A DNA stretch of 64,000 nt from an uncultured bacterium (GCA_963729625.1 CAVSOU010000009.1:1-64000), one strand, 5' to 3'; counted from the first letter of the stretch, positions 49,526 to 60,904 are shown. The notes: generated by a model not told the origin, from the letters alone. A program made the numbers and translations.

Positions 49526-50986
49526 TTGGGAATCGACGAATCGGGACTCGTTGCGGGGGTGCCTTGCCGACTCCTCGTCGACGGGACCTGGACAGAAGCT
49601 CGCAGCGGCGCACAGTTCGACGTCGAGGATCCCGCCACCGGTGCGTGCTTGACAAAGGTGGCGGACGCCGGACCTGAGGATGCGCTCGACGCCCTCGATG
49701 CGGCGGTACGCGCACAGGCGGCGTGGGCGAAACACCCGCCGCGCGAACGAGGGGAGATCCTTCGTCGCGCGTTCGAGAGAATGACGGCCCAACAGGAAGA
49801 GCTCGCCTACCTTATCACGCTTGAGATGGGCAAGCCGCTTGCCGAGGCGCGTGGCGAGGTTGCGTACGCGGCGGAGTTCTTCCGCTGGTTCTCCGAAGAA
49901 GCGGTGCGCATCGACGGTCGCTACACGGTTGCGCCGAACGGTCAGGGCCGGCTCATGGTGATGCGCCAGCCAGTTGGCCCATGCGTGTTGATCACTCCCT
50001 GGAACTTTCCGCTTGCCATGGGAACGCGAAAGATAGGGCCGGCGGTGGCTGCCGGTTGCACGATGATTGTCAAGCCCGCTCATCAGACACCGCTTTCGAT
50101 GCTCATGCTGGCGCGGATCATGGAGGAGTGCGGTCTTCCGCCCGGCGTGCTCAATGTGGTGACGACGTCGCGCTCCTCGCAGACCATCGCTCCGCTGCTA
50201 CGTGACCGGCGCGTGCGGAAGCTGTCATTCACCGGCTCCACCGAGATCGGTCGAACGCTTCTGGCCCAGGCCGCCGATGGCGTGCTGCGCGCGTCAATGG
50301 AGCTGGGAGGAAACGCTCCATTTCTGGTATTTGAGGACGCGGATGTCCAGGCCGCGGTCAAGGGAGCAATGATCGCGAAAATGCGGAACGGCGGCGAGGC
50401 ATGTACCGCTGCCAACCGCTTCTACGTCTCTGCCAAGGTTGCCGAGCAGTTCGCCGAGCTGCTGCGCGATCGAATCGCGAGTCTGCGCGTTGGCCGCGGC
50501 ACGGAACCCGGAGTGGATATCGGGCCCCTGATCGATAGTCCAACACAAATGAAGGTGCACGATCTCGTGCAGGACGCGGTCGCTCGCGGAGCGCGAGTGG
50601 TGGTGGGCGGCGCGACCGTCAACCGAGCGGGACACTTCTACCATCCGACCTTACTCGATCGCGTGCCGCGCGATGCTCGACTCCTGCGCGAAGAAATATT
50701 CGGGCCTGTGGCGCCGCTGGTCACGTTCGAGGATGAGGATGAGGCGATTCGATTGGCCAACGACACCGACTTCGGACTCGTCGCCTACGCCTACACGAAC
50801 GACCTGCAAAGAGCGATTCGCGTCGTCGAGGCCCTGGAAGTGGGCATGGTCGGCTTGAACCAGGGTCTGGTCTCCAATCCGGCGGCGCCGTTTGGCGGCG
50901 TCAAGCAATCAGGGATCGGCCGCGAGGGCGGTTCCGAGGGCATCCACGAGTATCTCCAGACCAAATACGTGGCGCTCGCGTTATGA
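49526..50986 (+). CDS. gabD: NAD(P)-dependent succinate-semialdehyde dehydrogenase
   Basis: ITPWNFP, FTGST, ELGGNAP, AKMRNGGEAC, EEIFGP, GREGG. Confidence 0.9.
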   Translation: MGIDESGLVAGVPCRLLVDGTWTEARSGAQFDVEDPATGACLTKVADAGPEDALDALDAAVRAQAAWAKHPPRERGEILRRAFERMTAQQEELAYLITLEMGKPLAEARGEVAYAAEFFRWFSEEAVRIDGRYTVAPNGQGRLMVMRQPVGPCVLITPWNFPLAMGTRKIGPAVAAGCTMIVKPAHQTPLSMLMLARIMEECGLPPGVLNVVTTSRSSQTIAPLLRDRRVRKLSFTGSTEIGRTLLAQAADGVLRASMELGGNAPFLVFEDADVQAAVKGAMIAKMRNGGEACTAANRFYVSAKVAEQFAELLRDRIASLRVGRGTEPGVDIGPLIDSPTQMKVHDLVQDAVARGARVVVGGATVNRAGHFYHPTLLDRVPRDARLLREEIFGPVAPLVTFEDEDEAIRLANDTDFGLVAYAYTNDLQRAIRVVEALEVGMVGLNQGLVSNPAAPFGGVKQSGIGREGGSEGIHEYLQTKYVALAL

Positions 50987-51036
50987 AAGGACGGCGGCAC
51001 GACGCATGCCGAACGGCACGTTCATGCCGGCGTGTG

Positions 51037-51930
51037 CTACAGCGTGTACACCGGCAGGAGACGCCGTTCGGTCTCGCCTTCGATGCTGGCGCGAACTTCG
51101 ATGTACTGCGCGATGCCGGACGTAGCGATTTTCGGCTTGAGCAGCTCGTCGAGCTGGAAGATACCGGCTGAGTTGTTCATGGCGATGCTAATGCCGATGG
51201 GCCGGTTCTCACCACGCTGGATGGTGACGGTATCGATTGCGGCAGCCGAAAGCGAGTGCACGTCGATTCTTCCGGCCTGAAAGCCCATTCTTGAACGTCC
51301 TTCGGCCATGTCCAGAGCATCGGCAACCTTCACGCAGCCAGCCTCCGCCGTGAGACCGCGCATATCGGACCGGTGGCTGATGATAGCGTTGAGTGTCTCG
51401 CTGGTCATGATCGTGCGCTCGGGCTCGTCATAAATCCCAACGAGCAGGCGGCGGATAATCGGCGCCGCAAGCATGAGACTGTACTGCTCGTGGTTGGCGC
51501 GGTGTATGCTCATGCCAACATCGTGCATCGAGGCCGCGAGCACCACCACCACTTCCGCATCGTCGACCTGCATGGCGTAGTCCTTCACAATGCCGAATTC
51601 GACGTCAGCCTCAGCCAACAGGCGCATCAGTCGCAGGGCAATGTTGGCCACGATGCGAACGTGAACCGGCCCGTGGTCGGTCATCTTGAGACGTTCGACT
51701 GCCGTCACGTTCGCGCACTTCCAGAGTTGCTGCAGCTCGATGTCTTCATTGATGTGGTCGACGGCCTGGCTCAGCCTTGCGTTATGCCGTGACGGAATCC
51801 GCATGCGCCGAGCGGTTGGCGCGCGCGGCGTTGCTTCCTCGCCTACTTCAGGTGCGGGCCGCATCGAGGCGCTGCTGAGAGCGCCGTCCCGCGAGTCATC
51901 GCCGATTATGCTTGTCTGCTTCGTATTCAT
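51037..51930 (-). CDS. HD-domain phosphohydrolase
   Basis: DHGPVH, HDVG, ADALDM. Confidence 0.88.
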   Translation of the reverse strand: MNTKQTSIIGDDSRDGALSSASMRPAPEVGEEATPRAPTARRMRIPSRHNARLSQAVDHINEDIELQQLWKCANVTAVERLKMTDHGPVHVRIVANIALRLMRLLAEADVEFGIVKDYAMQVDDAEVVVVLAASMHDVGMSIHRANHEQYSLMLAAPIIRRLLVGIYDEPERTIMTSETLNAIISHRSDMRGLTAEAGCVKVADALDMAEGRSRMGFQAGRIDVHSLSAAAIDTVTIQRGENRPIGISIAMNNSAGIFQLDELLKPKIATSGIAQYIEVRASIEGETERRLLPVYTL

Positions 51931-52308
51931 TCAATCCTCATTGACTACACTTCACTCTACTCCTTCCGATCCGTCACACGAGTTTCGGCTGTTCACTTGA
52001 CGGGACGACAATCATGGAGCATTGTGTTATGGCAAGCCCTACATTGCATAACACTGAATTGCCTTAGCCACAATCCTTGCCGGCAAGCGGTAGAGTGCGT
52101 TTTGCAATTCCTGTGAGTGCCAGGACGGCGACCTGGCCAATTAGCGATGCTTGCGGGAAGCAAAGCTTGCTGAGACAGTGTCGAATGGACGTCGACGCCG
52201 CTCAGCTCAGTTCCACCTCTGTTTCGGTCGCGCGTGGATGGCCCACCAAGGTAGCGAGTCCCGGGTCAGGCGCGGGGCCGGGACGACCACTCGATTCCAC
52301 CGGGTTGG

Positions 52309-52644
52309 ATGGTTACTCCAATGCTAGAACGGATGAGCAGTGCGATGATGCAAGTTGCCGATCTTGTTGAACCACAGACAGTTCGCCGTTGGACCAAGGC
52401 CGAGGTGTTTACCCAGGGCGAAGAGGATGTCGAGGCTGGCCGCGTGATTCTGCTGGTGTTCGGCCCTCGCTCAGTTACGGCACTGGTCGGTGGAAAGCGG
52501 TCCGAGACGGTGGAAATGAGCACGACCGCGGACGGGCTGCAATGGTCGTGCACCTGTTCGGCCGATAAGCAACGCCTGGGCTGCCGGCATTTTGTCGCCG
52601 TGGCGCTGGAAACGTGGCGCCAGTCGTCGGCAAGCCGCAGATAG
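52309..52644 (+). CDS. SWIM zinc-finger protein
   Basis: CTC...CRH..AVA. Confidence 0.75.
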   Translation: MVTPMLERMSSAMMQVADLVEPQTVRRWTKAEVFTQGEEDVEAGRVILLVFGPRSVTALVGGKRSETVEMSTTADGLQWSCTCSADKQRLGCRHFVAVALETWRQSSASRR

Positions 52645-52697
52645 CGTCGGGCCCGTATCCCCCCGGTCCAGTCGATCCAGCAATGCCAGGCGCCTGC

Positions 52698-53540
52698 TCA
52701 ACGCACGGCGCCGCCAAGCAGGCCGGTCACCAATCGTTTCTGCACCACTATCGCCACCAAGATCATCGGGATGATCGAGATGAGGGAGATAGCGCAGATA
52801 TTCCACCACGACGTCCCGAGCTCCCCTTGCTGGGATGCAATCATGATGGGCAGCGTGGTAGCGTTGCTGGTCGTGATGACCACCGCGAAGAGGTATTCGT
52901 TCCAGACAAACGAGAACGTGAGGAGAAACGTGGCTATCAAGCCGGGCGTGACAAGAGGCAGCGCAACGCGCAGGAAGATATCCAGTCGGCTGGCGCCGTC
53001 GACAAACGCGGCCTCCTCCAGGGCCAGCGGGATTTGCTTGAAGTAGCTCTGCATGAACCAGACAGTGATCGGCAGCGAGAAGCCGGTATAGATGATGATC
53101 ATTCCTTGCAATGTGTCCAGCAGGCCGAGGTTATTGAAGAGGATGAAGAACGCAAGCACGGTCACCACAGGCGGCATGATGCGCTGCGAGACGATCCAGA
53201 AAGCGATATCGTCGTTCCTCATCGGGCCGGCTCGGAGTCGGAAGCGAGCCAGCCCGTAGCCTGCCAGGCAACCAAGTATCACAGCAAGCACCGTGCTAGT
53301 GATGCCGATGACCAGGCTGTGCCACAGTGGGCCCAGAACGGAGTTTGACCCGCCCAGGATCTCGTGCCAGGCTGAGGTGTTCGGCTGGAAATCGAGCCAG
53401 GGAACCCACCGAGTCCCACCGTAGATGGACGTGTTGTCTTTGAAGGCGGTGACAGCCACCCAGTACAGGGGAAACGCCACAAAGATCGACCATGCCACGA
53501 GCGGGATGTATCGCCAGTCAAAGCGACGGTGGTGCGTCAT
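52698..53540 (-). CDS. Carbohydrate ABC permease
   Basis: IP..LEEAAFVDGA, WNEYLFA. Confidence 0.92.
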   Translation of the reverse strand: MTHHRRFDWRYIPLVAWSIFVAFPLYWVAVTAFKDNTSIYGGTRWVPWLDFQPNTSAWHEILGGSNSVLGPLWHSLVIGITSTVLAVILGCLAGYGLARFRLRAGPMRNDDIAFWIVSQRIMPPVVTVLAFFILFNNLGLLDTLQGMIIIYTGFSLPITVWFMQSYFKQIPLALEEAAFVDGASRLDIFLRVALPLVTPGLIATFLLTFSFVWNEYLFAVVITTSNATTLPIMIASQQGELGTSWWNICAISLISIIPMILVAIVVQKRLVTGLLGGAVR

Positions 53541-54487
53541 GTCTCAATTCTCCGCAGAAGCCGGCGCGTGACAACCAGGTAGGTGATGGCGATCAACGTG
53601 ACATAGACGAGCAACGACAACGCGATAGTCGCACCTGAGGACACATTGAAGTCCTTGTAGCCCTGAAAGTATGCGTAGAGGCTGGTCGAGGTCGTGGCGG
53701 TGCCTGGCCCGCCTCCCGTCAATTGCACCAACTGTCCAAATATCGTGAATGCCTCAGTGAACCGTAGGAAAATGGCCATCACTGAAATCGGCGCCAGCAT
53801 GGGGAAGATAATGCTCCAGACCACGCGCAGCCCGGACGCACCGTCAAGCTGCGCCGCCTCGATTGCTTCATCGGGCAGCGACTGCAGTCCTGCCAGGAGC
53901 AGCAGGAACATGAATGGCGTCCACTCCCACGTATCCATGATCAACACGGCGAAAAACGCGGCGTTGCCCTCCGAGAGCCACGGAACGGTGCCGATCCGCA
54001 GCTCGCGAAGGATGCTGTCGATGGGTCCATACGTTTCGTCGTATAGCATGCGCCACAGGAACCCGATCGCCACTGGCGCCAGCATCATCGGGATGCTGAA
54101 CAGCACGCGAAAGAAGCCGCCAAAGCGGACACGCCGCCACAGCAGGAGCGCCAGGCCGAAGCCGATCAAGAACTCGGTGGCCACGGCCGCGACCACGAAC
54201 TTCGTCGTGTACTTCAGCGAATCCCAAAATGTGCTGTCACTGAGAATTTGGCGCCAGTTATCGAGGGTGCTCGCTGTGAACGTGAGCCCGTTGTCCTGGC
54301 TCACGTTTGAAAAGCTCAGGGCCAGAGAAAAGATGAGCGGAAAGATCGAAATCGCCAGCAGGACAACGACTGCCGGCAGGACAAACGCCCATCCCTCCAG
54401 TCGCAGTCGCTTCCTCCAGGCGCCGTCCGGGGTCGCCGTGCTGAGCGTGAGATCGCTGTCTGGTCGGCGTTCGGAGGAGGGGGTCAT
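53537..54487 (-). CDS. Carbohydrate ABC permease
   Basis: W.WTPFM, EAAQLDGA, LTGGGPG. Confidence 0.92.
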   Translation of the reverse strand: MTPSSERRPDSDLTLSTATPDGAWRKRLRLEGWAFVLPAVVVLLAISIFPLIFSLALSFSNVSQDNGLTFTASTLDNWRQILSDSTFWDSLKYTTKFVVAAVATEFLIGFGLALLLWRRVRFGGFFRVLFSIPMMLAPVAIGFLWRMLYDETYGPIDSILRELRIGTVPWLSEGNAAFFAVLIMDTWEWTPFMFLLLLAGLQSLPDEAIEAAQLDGASGLRVVWSIIFPMLAPISVMAIFLRFTEAFTIFGQLVQLTGGGPGTATTSTSLYAYFQGYKDFNVSSGATIALSLLVYVTLIAITYLVVTRRLLRRIET

Positions 54488-54782
54488 GCAGTTTGCCGCT
54501 CCTTCTTGCTGGCTCGAGGACAGTATCACGAGCAGTTTCTTCGGTCGCCTACCCGGTACAGGCACCTGTCGTCATGGTCTCATGCGCCCGCGCGGCGAGG
54601 ATCCGGGGTTGCCTAGCTCGCCTGCACTCAGGCAGGGCCGCACCTCCGCGCCTTCGCCTCGGTCCTGATGATACTCGAATCCCTGCCTGAGCCGCTACGC
54701 ATGGATGTGGTTCCAGGAACCGCTACCTCTGGAGCCGGTTATGCCGGCTCCAGAGATGCGGGATGCCCCCCGTTGCGTATGA

Positions 54783-56273
54783 TCAGCCGCCTGTAACCGG
54801 AAGAGAAAGCGAAGCTCGATACGCGGCGAGTTGCTTCGCCGTTCCCTTTTGAGCATTGAGCGCATTCCACTGGTCCGCCAGGGCATTGAGCGCATCCTGC
54901 GCCTTGCTCTGGCCCGACACGACCTTCTGGCACGCAATCTCAGTGTCGTCCTGGAAGCTTGCGGCTCCAGGCAGACGGAGATCGTGTACGGAATTGGGGT
55001 CGAGGTCGCTGGCACGCATGCCCGCCAGATACAGGTCGAGATCCGGTTCGGGATAACCAACTGCCTTCCATGCCGCGACGTCGGTGAAGTGGGACATCCT
55101 GTAGGGGTTCATTCCGGTATTCGAGCCGGTGACCATCTTCAGGCTGAACGCAGGGCTTGCAATGAACGAGAGCAACTTGTACGAGAGTGGAATATTGTGC
55201 GAAGTCTTGCAGATGGTGCCGCACCAGCCGCCAAAGGCCAGCCAGGCAGGGCGGTTGAGCTTGGACATCGTGACCCACTGCTGTGTCTGGTAGTTCCAGA
55301 CCTTGTAGCTTCCCGGAAGTAGCTCGGTTCCGATCTTACCCCTGACCTTGCTTCCCTTCTGCAACTCGCCGATGATCGGGGTGTCGTCCCAATCGATGCC
55401 CAGCACTGCCTCTCCCGCGGCGAAGCGCTGGCGCACATCGTTGCTGCCGAAGTTGATCATGCCGGGAGGTCCCAGCTTCAGGGCTTCGGCATAATTCGTC
55501 ATTGCCTGCACGTGGCCGGCGTCGTTGACAAGCGCCTTGAGATTGGAAGGATCGAAGAACAGACCTCCCTTTTGGCCCGGAATTGTACACAGCGAGACGC
55601 AATTGGACATGTAGTACCAGAATGCCTGCCCACCGTGCTGATAGGCTTCCATCACGCCGTAGACGCCGTGCTTTCCATCCCCGAAGAAGCGGGCGATGTT
55701 CATGAAGTCGTCCCAGGTGGCCGGCGGAGCAAGCGGCTTGCCGAATTCCTTCTGGAACGCCGCGCTAAAGCCTTTATCGCCGATGACGTCACGCCGGTAG
55801 TAGCAGAGCTGGTTGTCGCCGTCGAGCGGCATGGCGATCTGTTTTCCGCCCCACTGGCCATTGCCCTTGTAAATGACATCGGACCAGTTGAGCGACGTGT
55901 CCTTGGCGATCATGGACGTAAGGTCCACAACGTAAGGATTGTAGTCACCGAGCCAGCTGGACGGACCGAGGATCACATCATAAGCGGTTCCGCGCGTGAT
56001 GAAGTTCTGAATCGTCTTCGTGTACAGGTCCCCATAGGGAGCAGTGATCAGCTTGACCGTGGCGCCGGTCAGCTGCTGGAAGGGGGCCATGGCATCTTGG
56101 ACCGCGCTGGCGATCGGAGGTCCGACTTGCGTGATCACCGTGATGGTCTCGCCCGCGTGTTCGCGCGAAGCGCGGACCGGCAGGTTCGGATCGACGAGCG
56201 TCAGACCCGTGCCCGCGGCGACGGCGCCCATGCCAGTCGCAGCAGCACTCTTCAGGAAGTCACGTCGTTTCAC
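54783..56273 (-). CDS. Carbohydrate ABC substrate-binding protein with a Tat signal
   Basis: KRRDFLK, YYRRD, PP.TW. Confidence 0.9.
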   Translation of the reverse strand: MKRRDFLKSAAATGMGAVAAGTGLTLVDPNLPVRASREHAGETITVITQVGPPIASAVQDAMAPFQQLTGATVKLITAPYGDLYTKTIQNFITRGTAYDVILGPSSWLGDYNPYVVDLTSMIAKDTSLNWSDVIYKGNGQWGGKQIAMPLDGDNQLCYYRRDVIGDKGFSAAFQKEFGKPLAPPATWDDFMNIARFFGDGKHGVYGVMEAYQHGGQAFWYYMSNCVSLCTIPGQKGGLFFDPSNLKALVNDAGHVQAMTNYAEALKLGPPGMINFGSNDVRQRFAAGEAVLGIDWDDTPIIGELQKGSKVRGKIGTELLPGSYKVWNYQTQQWVTMSKLNRPAWLAFGGWCGTICKTSHNIPLSYKLLSFIASPAFSLKMVTGSNTGMNPYRMSHFTDVAAWKAVGYPEPDLDLYLAGMRASDLDPNSVHDLRLPGAASFQDDTEIACQKVVSGQSKAQDALNALADQWNALNAQKGTAKQLAAYRASLSLPVTGG

Positions 56274-56912
56274 AGTGTCCTGTCCTCCTCATGGCTAAGG
56301 CCTACATCAGCGTAACGTTGTGCCAGTGGATGAACACATATCGAGTAGGGCGATGCCAAGACTGCTGTCGGGTATTCCCTCCTGATCTCCTTTCCCAGCT
56401 GAGGCCGACTCCATAAGGCTGCCGATGAGTATGTCATTACAAGAACCAACTCAGCCGCACCCCCAAAATACAGTGACCAGAGCACGCTGTCAACGCCAAG
56501 CCCCTGGTCCGCCCACGGAGGGGCTTCATGCGGGTTGGATCATGGCCGCGAGGGACCCAGCCAGCTACCACACCAGCAACCAGCAAGATCCAATGCAGCC
56601 TTGCACGCTCGGGAGTTGACGGGCCGCCGGCTGCGCTCGTATAGTTGCTGTGTCGAACCCATATGCTTGTAACGACAGGATGGCTGGACCGTGCCTGCAT
56701 CTGTGCATAGACGCCGCGACGTGCGCATGCCCTTTGCTACGACGAGCCGTGCCTGCTGGAGCACCGCAGTCGCGCGGTTGCGCGGCTCTTACGGCTGCAC
56801 AGAATCAAGAGCTTCAACACTTCTTGCAGGCGCGCCCGAGCATTCGCGTAACGGCCGCTCGCGGCGAGGCGCCAGTTGTCCTGAGTAGCACGTGGCGTTC
56901 GAGGAGGAGACG

Positions 56913-57395
56913 ATGAAGCGTGGACGCATTCTGAACGCGGAGCTGAGCAAGGCTATCGCTGTGATGGGGCACGGCGACCTGTTCATGATCTGTGACGCCG
57001 GCTGTCCCATTCCGCTAGACCGCTGGCGCATCGACCTGGCTATCGCCCGCGATCTGCCCGACCTGTACACCGTGCTCGATCTGGTTATTGCAGAGCTCAG
57101 CGTCGAGCGAGTGCTCTACGCCGACCTCATCGAGGTGCACAATCGTCCACTGCTTGAGCGGCTCCGCACCTCGTTTGAGAGGACCGGAGCAATTCTGGAG
57201 GCTGTGCCGAATGAGCGGGTAATGGGTGAGCTCATGCACAGCGCCAAGGTGGTGGTGCGGTCCGGAGCGTTCAACCCTTGGGGCAACATAGGCTTGATTT
57301 GCGGTACGGACCCGGACGACTGGTTCGCTATTCCCGGGACAGTGATGCCGGACTCTTACCGGGAGCGGCGGACGCGCATGGGCAGGGGAGGTTGA
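56913..57395 (+). CDS. rbsD: D-ribose pyranase
   Basis: ILNAELS..IA.MGHGD...I.DAG.PIP...IDLA. Confidence 0.9.
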   Translation: MKRGRILNAELSKAIAVMGHGDLFMICDAGCPIPLDRWRIDLAIARDLPDLYTVLDLVIAELSVERVLYADLIEVHNRPLLERLRTSFERTGAILEAVPNERVMGELMHSAKVVVRSGAFNPWGNIGLICGTDPDDWFAIPGTVMPDSYRERRTRMGRGG

Positions 57396-57396
57396 C

Positions 57397-58320
57397 GTGA
57401 CCGCTCCGTCGCCCAGAATCTTCTTCGTCGGCAGCTACATGCATGCGTTCGTACTTGTCGCCCCACGCTTCCCACTCGCCGGCGAGACCGTGTTCGGCAC
57501 GGAAGCGGATGTCGGCCCTGGCGGCAAGGGATCGAATCAGGCTATCGCCGCAGCGCGGTTGGGCGCTCGCGTCGCCATTTGGGCCTGCGTCGGCGACGAC
57601 AGCATGGGCACTTACGCCGACGACCTCTGGCGCGATGAGGGAATCGACACAGCCCTTGTTACGCGCAAGACCGGTGTAACCACCGGTATGGCCTTCATTA
57701 TGATCGACGCGACCGGGCAGAATCAGATCATCGTAGTGCCGGGCGCGAACGATCGCCTACCCGACTATGCAAGCGCGATCGACGCCGCTATCGCGGTGAC
57801 GCAGGTAGCGGTCGCTCAGTTCGAATCGCCCGTGGCGGCGGTCGAGGCCGCCTTCTCTCGTGCTCGCCGTCATGGCGTGCGCACTATCTTGAATCCCGCT
57901 CCGGCCCGCGTGGTGCCGGACAGCCTGCTCGCCTTGGCTGACGTGATCACGCCGAACGAAAGTGAGGCGGCGGCCCTGAGCGGCGAAGCCTCAAGCGACC
58001 CCGCAGTACTGGCGCGCGCCATTTGCGCCCGTGGCGCGCGCGCCGTTGTGCTTACTCTAGGTGAATCAGGAGCGTACGTGTTGGACGAGACGGGCGGGAG
58101 GCGCATACCGCCGGTACGGGTGCAAGTTCGCGACACGACGGGCGCCGGAGATGCCTTCACCGGCGCGCTGGCGGTTGCTCTCGCTCGTGGTGCGACGCTC
58201 GACGACGCGGTGGCCTACGGCAATCTCGGCGGCGCCTTCTGTGCTACACGCCTGGGAGTGGTACCCGGCTTGGGTCGAGAGGCCGATCTGCTCGCGCTTA
58301 AGGCGGCAAGGACTTCGTAG
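57397..58320 (+). CDS. rbsK: Ribokinase
   Basis: GGKGSNQA, LNPAP, PNE.E, DTTGAGDAF. Confidence 0.92.
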   Translation: MTAPSPRIFFVGSYMHAFVLVAPRFPLAGETVFGTEADVGPGGKGSNQAIAAARLGARVAIWACVGDDSMGTYADDLWRDEGIDTALVTRKTGVTTGMAFIMIDATGQNQIIVVPGANDRLPDYASAIDAAIAVTQVAVAQFESPVAAVEAAFSRARRHGVRTILNPAPARVVPDSLLALADVITPNESEAAALSGEASSDPAVLARAICARGARAVVLTLGESGAYVLDETGGRRIPPVRVQVRDTTGAGDAFTGALAVALARGATLDDAVAYGNLGGAFCATRLGVVPGLGREADLLALKAARTS

Positions 58321-58561
58321 TTGCTCGCGCCGGATGTGAGAGTGCACCAAAAGTGCCTGGTAGCAGTATGAACTGACACGCGCTCCCACGATCGTTGAAG
58401 CCAGCTGTCGGAGCGCGTCATCTGGCACCGGCGGCGAGCAGCGAATTGGAGTCGAAGCATGGCTATCGAGACAATTCGGGCGAGTCGGGGATGCCTTGAA
58501 GGGCGTGGAATGCCCTCGCACGGTGAGGAGCCGCTACCGGCTTCTGATGCACCCCTTCAGG

Positions 58562-60052
58562 CTATCGGGCGCCATACGCTACGGCAGAGCCCTGGCCGAC
58601 GACGTCAATCCATGTTTGTCCGGGATCGAACAGTTCTGGCGTGCCGCGAGCATCCATGAGCTGGAGCTGCGCATTCGTGGAGACCTTTCGCCACGTCCCC
58701 TTCTCCACGCGACCGTTCTCGAAGTACAGCGCGGAGCCGCTTCCGGTTGCATGCACATTGACCCCCTCGGGTGTAAATGCGTCGTGATCCGGCGTGACGG
58801 GCGTGAAGAGAACGACAATGTTGGCGGGAGCGATCATTCGCCGCGAGATCGCGTCGACTTGAGCCACGCCTTCTACGTAGCGGCTGTACCGATTCGTAGC
58901 ACGGTCGTACACCCAATGCACGTTGTACGCATAGGAGGAGAGGGCAACATCTATCAAGGCGGAGTCAGGTCGGTGAAGCAACTGGCTGGGCACACGATGA
59001 GGCAGCGTGGCCGGAAGGCTGCCAGAAATGGGCGCTCCGGCCTGAGCAGCGTACGCCCTCAATTCCGCGGTATTGGTGTACAGATTGTGAGGGGCCGCCC
59101 GGTATAGAGCGCGCACGAACGGTGGACCCAGCGGCCCCGGCGCCGCCAACAGGTCGAGATCGTCGATGTTCACCACATTTGGCATATTCAGGAGCTGGTA
59201 CAGCGCATCACTGTTGCCACCGGCGTGGGCGTACACGGCATGCAGACCGGAAGCCCAGGCATTGAAGTAGATCCGCGCGCTCCGCACTGGTCCGACTATG
59301 GGTGCGTCTCGTTCCAGAAAGACTGCCAACAAGCGGGTGACGCCGCCTTCCACGAGAGTCTCATATACTAGGCTTGCGCGGTTGAGCCCGGCCAGCGGGC
59401 GCGCATCAGGCGCGAAATTGTCGATCACTACCGCGACCGGGCGGCGGTTCGCCCAATCCGGTCGAGTCGGTAGTCCGCTCAGCGGGCCTGCAGGGCCGGG
59501 CCCCGTACCCTCGAGCGTGTCTTCCGCCAGGTAGGCTGGGTCGACGGTTGGGCTGGCGCTGGGGAGGGCGGACGGGGTCTGGACTGGTGCCCGGCCGGCT
59601 GTGGCCGTGGCAGTCTGCGTCGACGAGCTGGTTGGCGCCGGCGAAGCAGTCTTGCTTGGCGTCATCGTGGGGGTGACCGAGGGTGCTGGTGTCTCCGTGC
59701 TCGTGGGAGCATCGGTCGATCTGGAGGTCGCCCTTGTCGTGGCCGGCATCGGAGTTGTGCTCGAACGCGCGGCTACCAGATTTCTGTGCCTTGCGCTGCT
59801 TGCGTGGGACCACACCATACCAATTGCCATCACGCTCAGCAATACGGCAGCCGACGTAACGGCGCCCTGAACACGACGCGCGCGCAGATGTTCACGCGCT
59901 CGTTCTGCGAGCTGGGCGACCCGCCGGCCGCACGCTATTGCCCATCCACCAACGTTCAAGTACATGCGGTGGCGGTTCTCCACGTCTATTGCTGAGATAG
60001 GTCTATCTGGAAGGTAGCGACCCGATTGGGCAGCCGCCAAGGAGGGCTGCAA
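58562..60052 (-). CDS. DUF3048-family membrane-anchored protein (start uncertain)
   Basis: RPVAVVIDN, VEGGVTR, GPVRSAR, APHNLY, PGQTWI, with a Thr/Pro linker. Confidence 0.85.
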   Translation of the reverse strand: MQPSLAAAQSGRYLPDRPISAIDVENRHRMYLNVGGWAIACGRRVAQLAERAREHLRARRVQGAVTSAAVLLSVMAIGMVWSHASSARHRNLVAARSSTTPMPATTRATSRSTDAPTSTETPAPSVTPTMTPSKTASPAPTSSSTQTATATAGRAPVQTPSALPSASPTVDPAYLAEDTLEGTGPGPAGPLSGLPTRPDWANRRPVAVVIDNFAPDARPLAGLNRASLVYETLVEGGVTRLLAVFLERDAPIVGPVRSARIYFNAWASGLHAVYAHAGGNSDALYQLLNMPNVVNIDDLDLLAAPGPLGPPFVRALYRAAPHNLYTNTAELRAYAAQAGAPISGSLPATLPHRVPSQLLHRPDSALIDVALSSYAYNVHWVYDRATNRYSRYVEGVAQVDAISRRMIAPANIVVLFTPVTPDHDAFTPEGVNVHATGSGSALYFENGRVEKGTWRKVSTNAQLQLMDARGTPELFDPGQTWIDVVGQGSAVAYGAR

Positions 60053-60219
60053 CGATGGGAGCTACAGAACATGCTGCGTGCTTTCTCCTGCGGCCTCGGC
60101 TGGAGGGCCTTCAAGGACCGCTTTGTGGGCGCCGCCCCCGCACCCACCGAAGGGCGAGTCGCGGTGTCATGCCGCCAGACCTGTTTGAGACCTCATGGCA
60201 ATCGCCGTGTGTGGATACG

Positions 60220-60883
60220 CTAGCACTCGTCGCGTTGCCGTGCGAATGCGAGCAGCCATTCGCACCACGCGTCCATTCCTTCACCAGTCCTGCAGCTCAA
60301 TTCGAAGATCTTGAGCTTGGGATTGACCCGCAGCGCGAACTGCCGGACGCGCTGCAAGATCATAGGTGACATACGGCAGCAGATCGATCTTGTTGATCAC
60401 CATCACCTGGGAGGCAGCGAACATTTGCGGGTACTTGGCCGGCTTGTCGTCGCCTTCCGTGGTGCTCGCGACAACTACCTTGATATCCTCGCCGAGCTTC
60501 CACTCGGCCGGGCAGACGAGGTTCCCAATGTTCTCTATGACCAGCAGTCCGATACGATCGAGGTCCATCTGAGTCAAGGCGTCCCGAACCATATGTGCCT
60601 CGAGGTGGCAATTGCCGCGCGTCACTATCTGCACGCTCTCCGCGCCCGCGGCGGCCACCCGCTCGGCATCCGCCGTCGTCTCGACGTCACCTTCGATCAC
60701 GCCCAGGATCAGCCGACCCCGCAGACGCCGGATCGTTTCCTCGAGCAGGCTCGTCTTACCCGCGCCGGCGGAGCTCATCATATTGACGCAGCGCATCGAC
60801 CGGCGGGCGAGGCCCGCGTGTATTTCTGCCGCAACATCGTCGTTAACGGCAAGTACCTGCTGAGCGACCGTTACCCTTACCAT
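60220..60883 (-). CDS. hypB: Hydrogenase nickel-insertion GTPase with a 1-nt frameshift at ~60356
   Basis: GAGKT, CHL, EN.GNLVCP, EGDDKP.KYP, NKID. The C-terminus RVNP...SCRTGEGMDAW lies in the shifted frame. Confidence 0.88.
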
Positions 60884-60904
60884 TGGTTGTATCCTGGCAT
60901 ACCT

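Noticed and set aside
52698-56273. Sugar ABC cluster lacking an ATPase as a novelty
   Set aside because: Shared MsiK-type ATPases encoded elsewhere are common for this transporter class.
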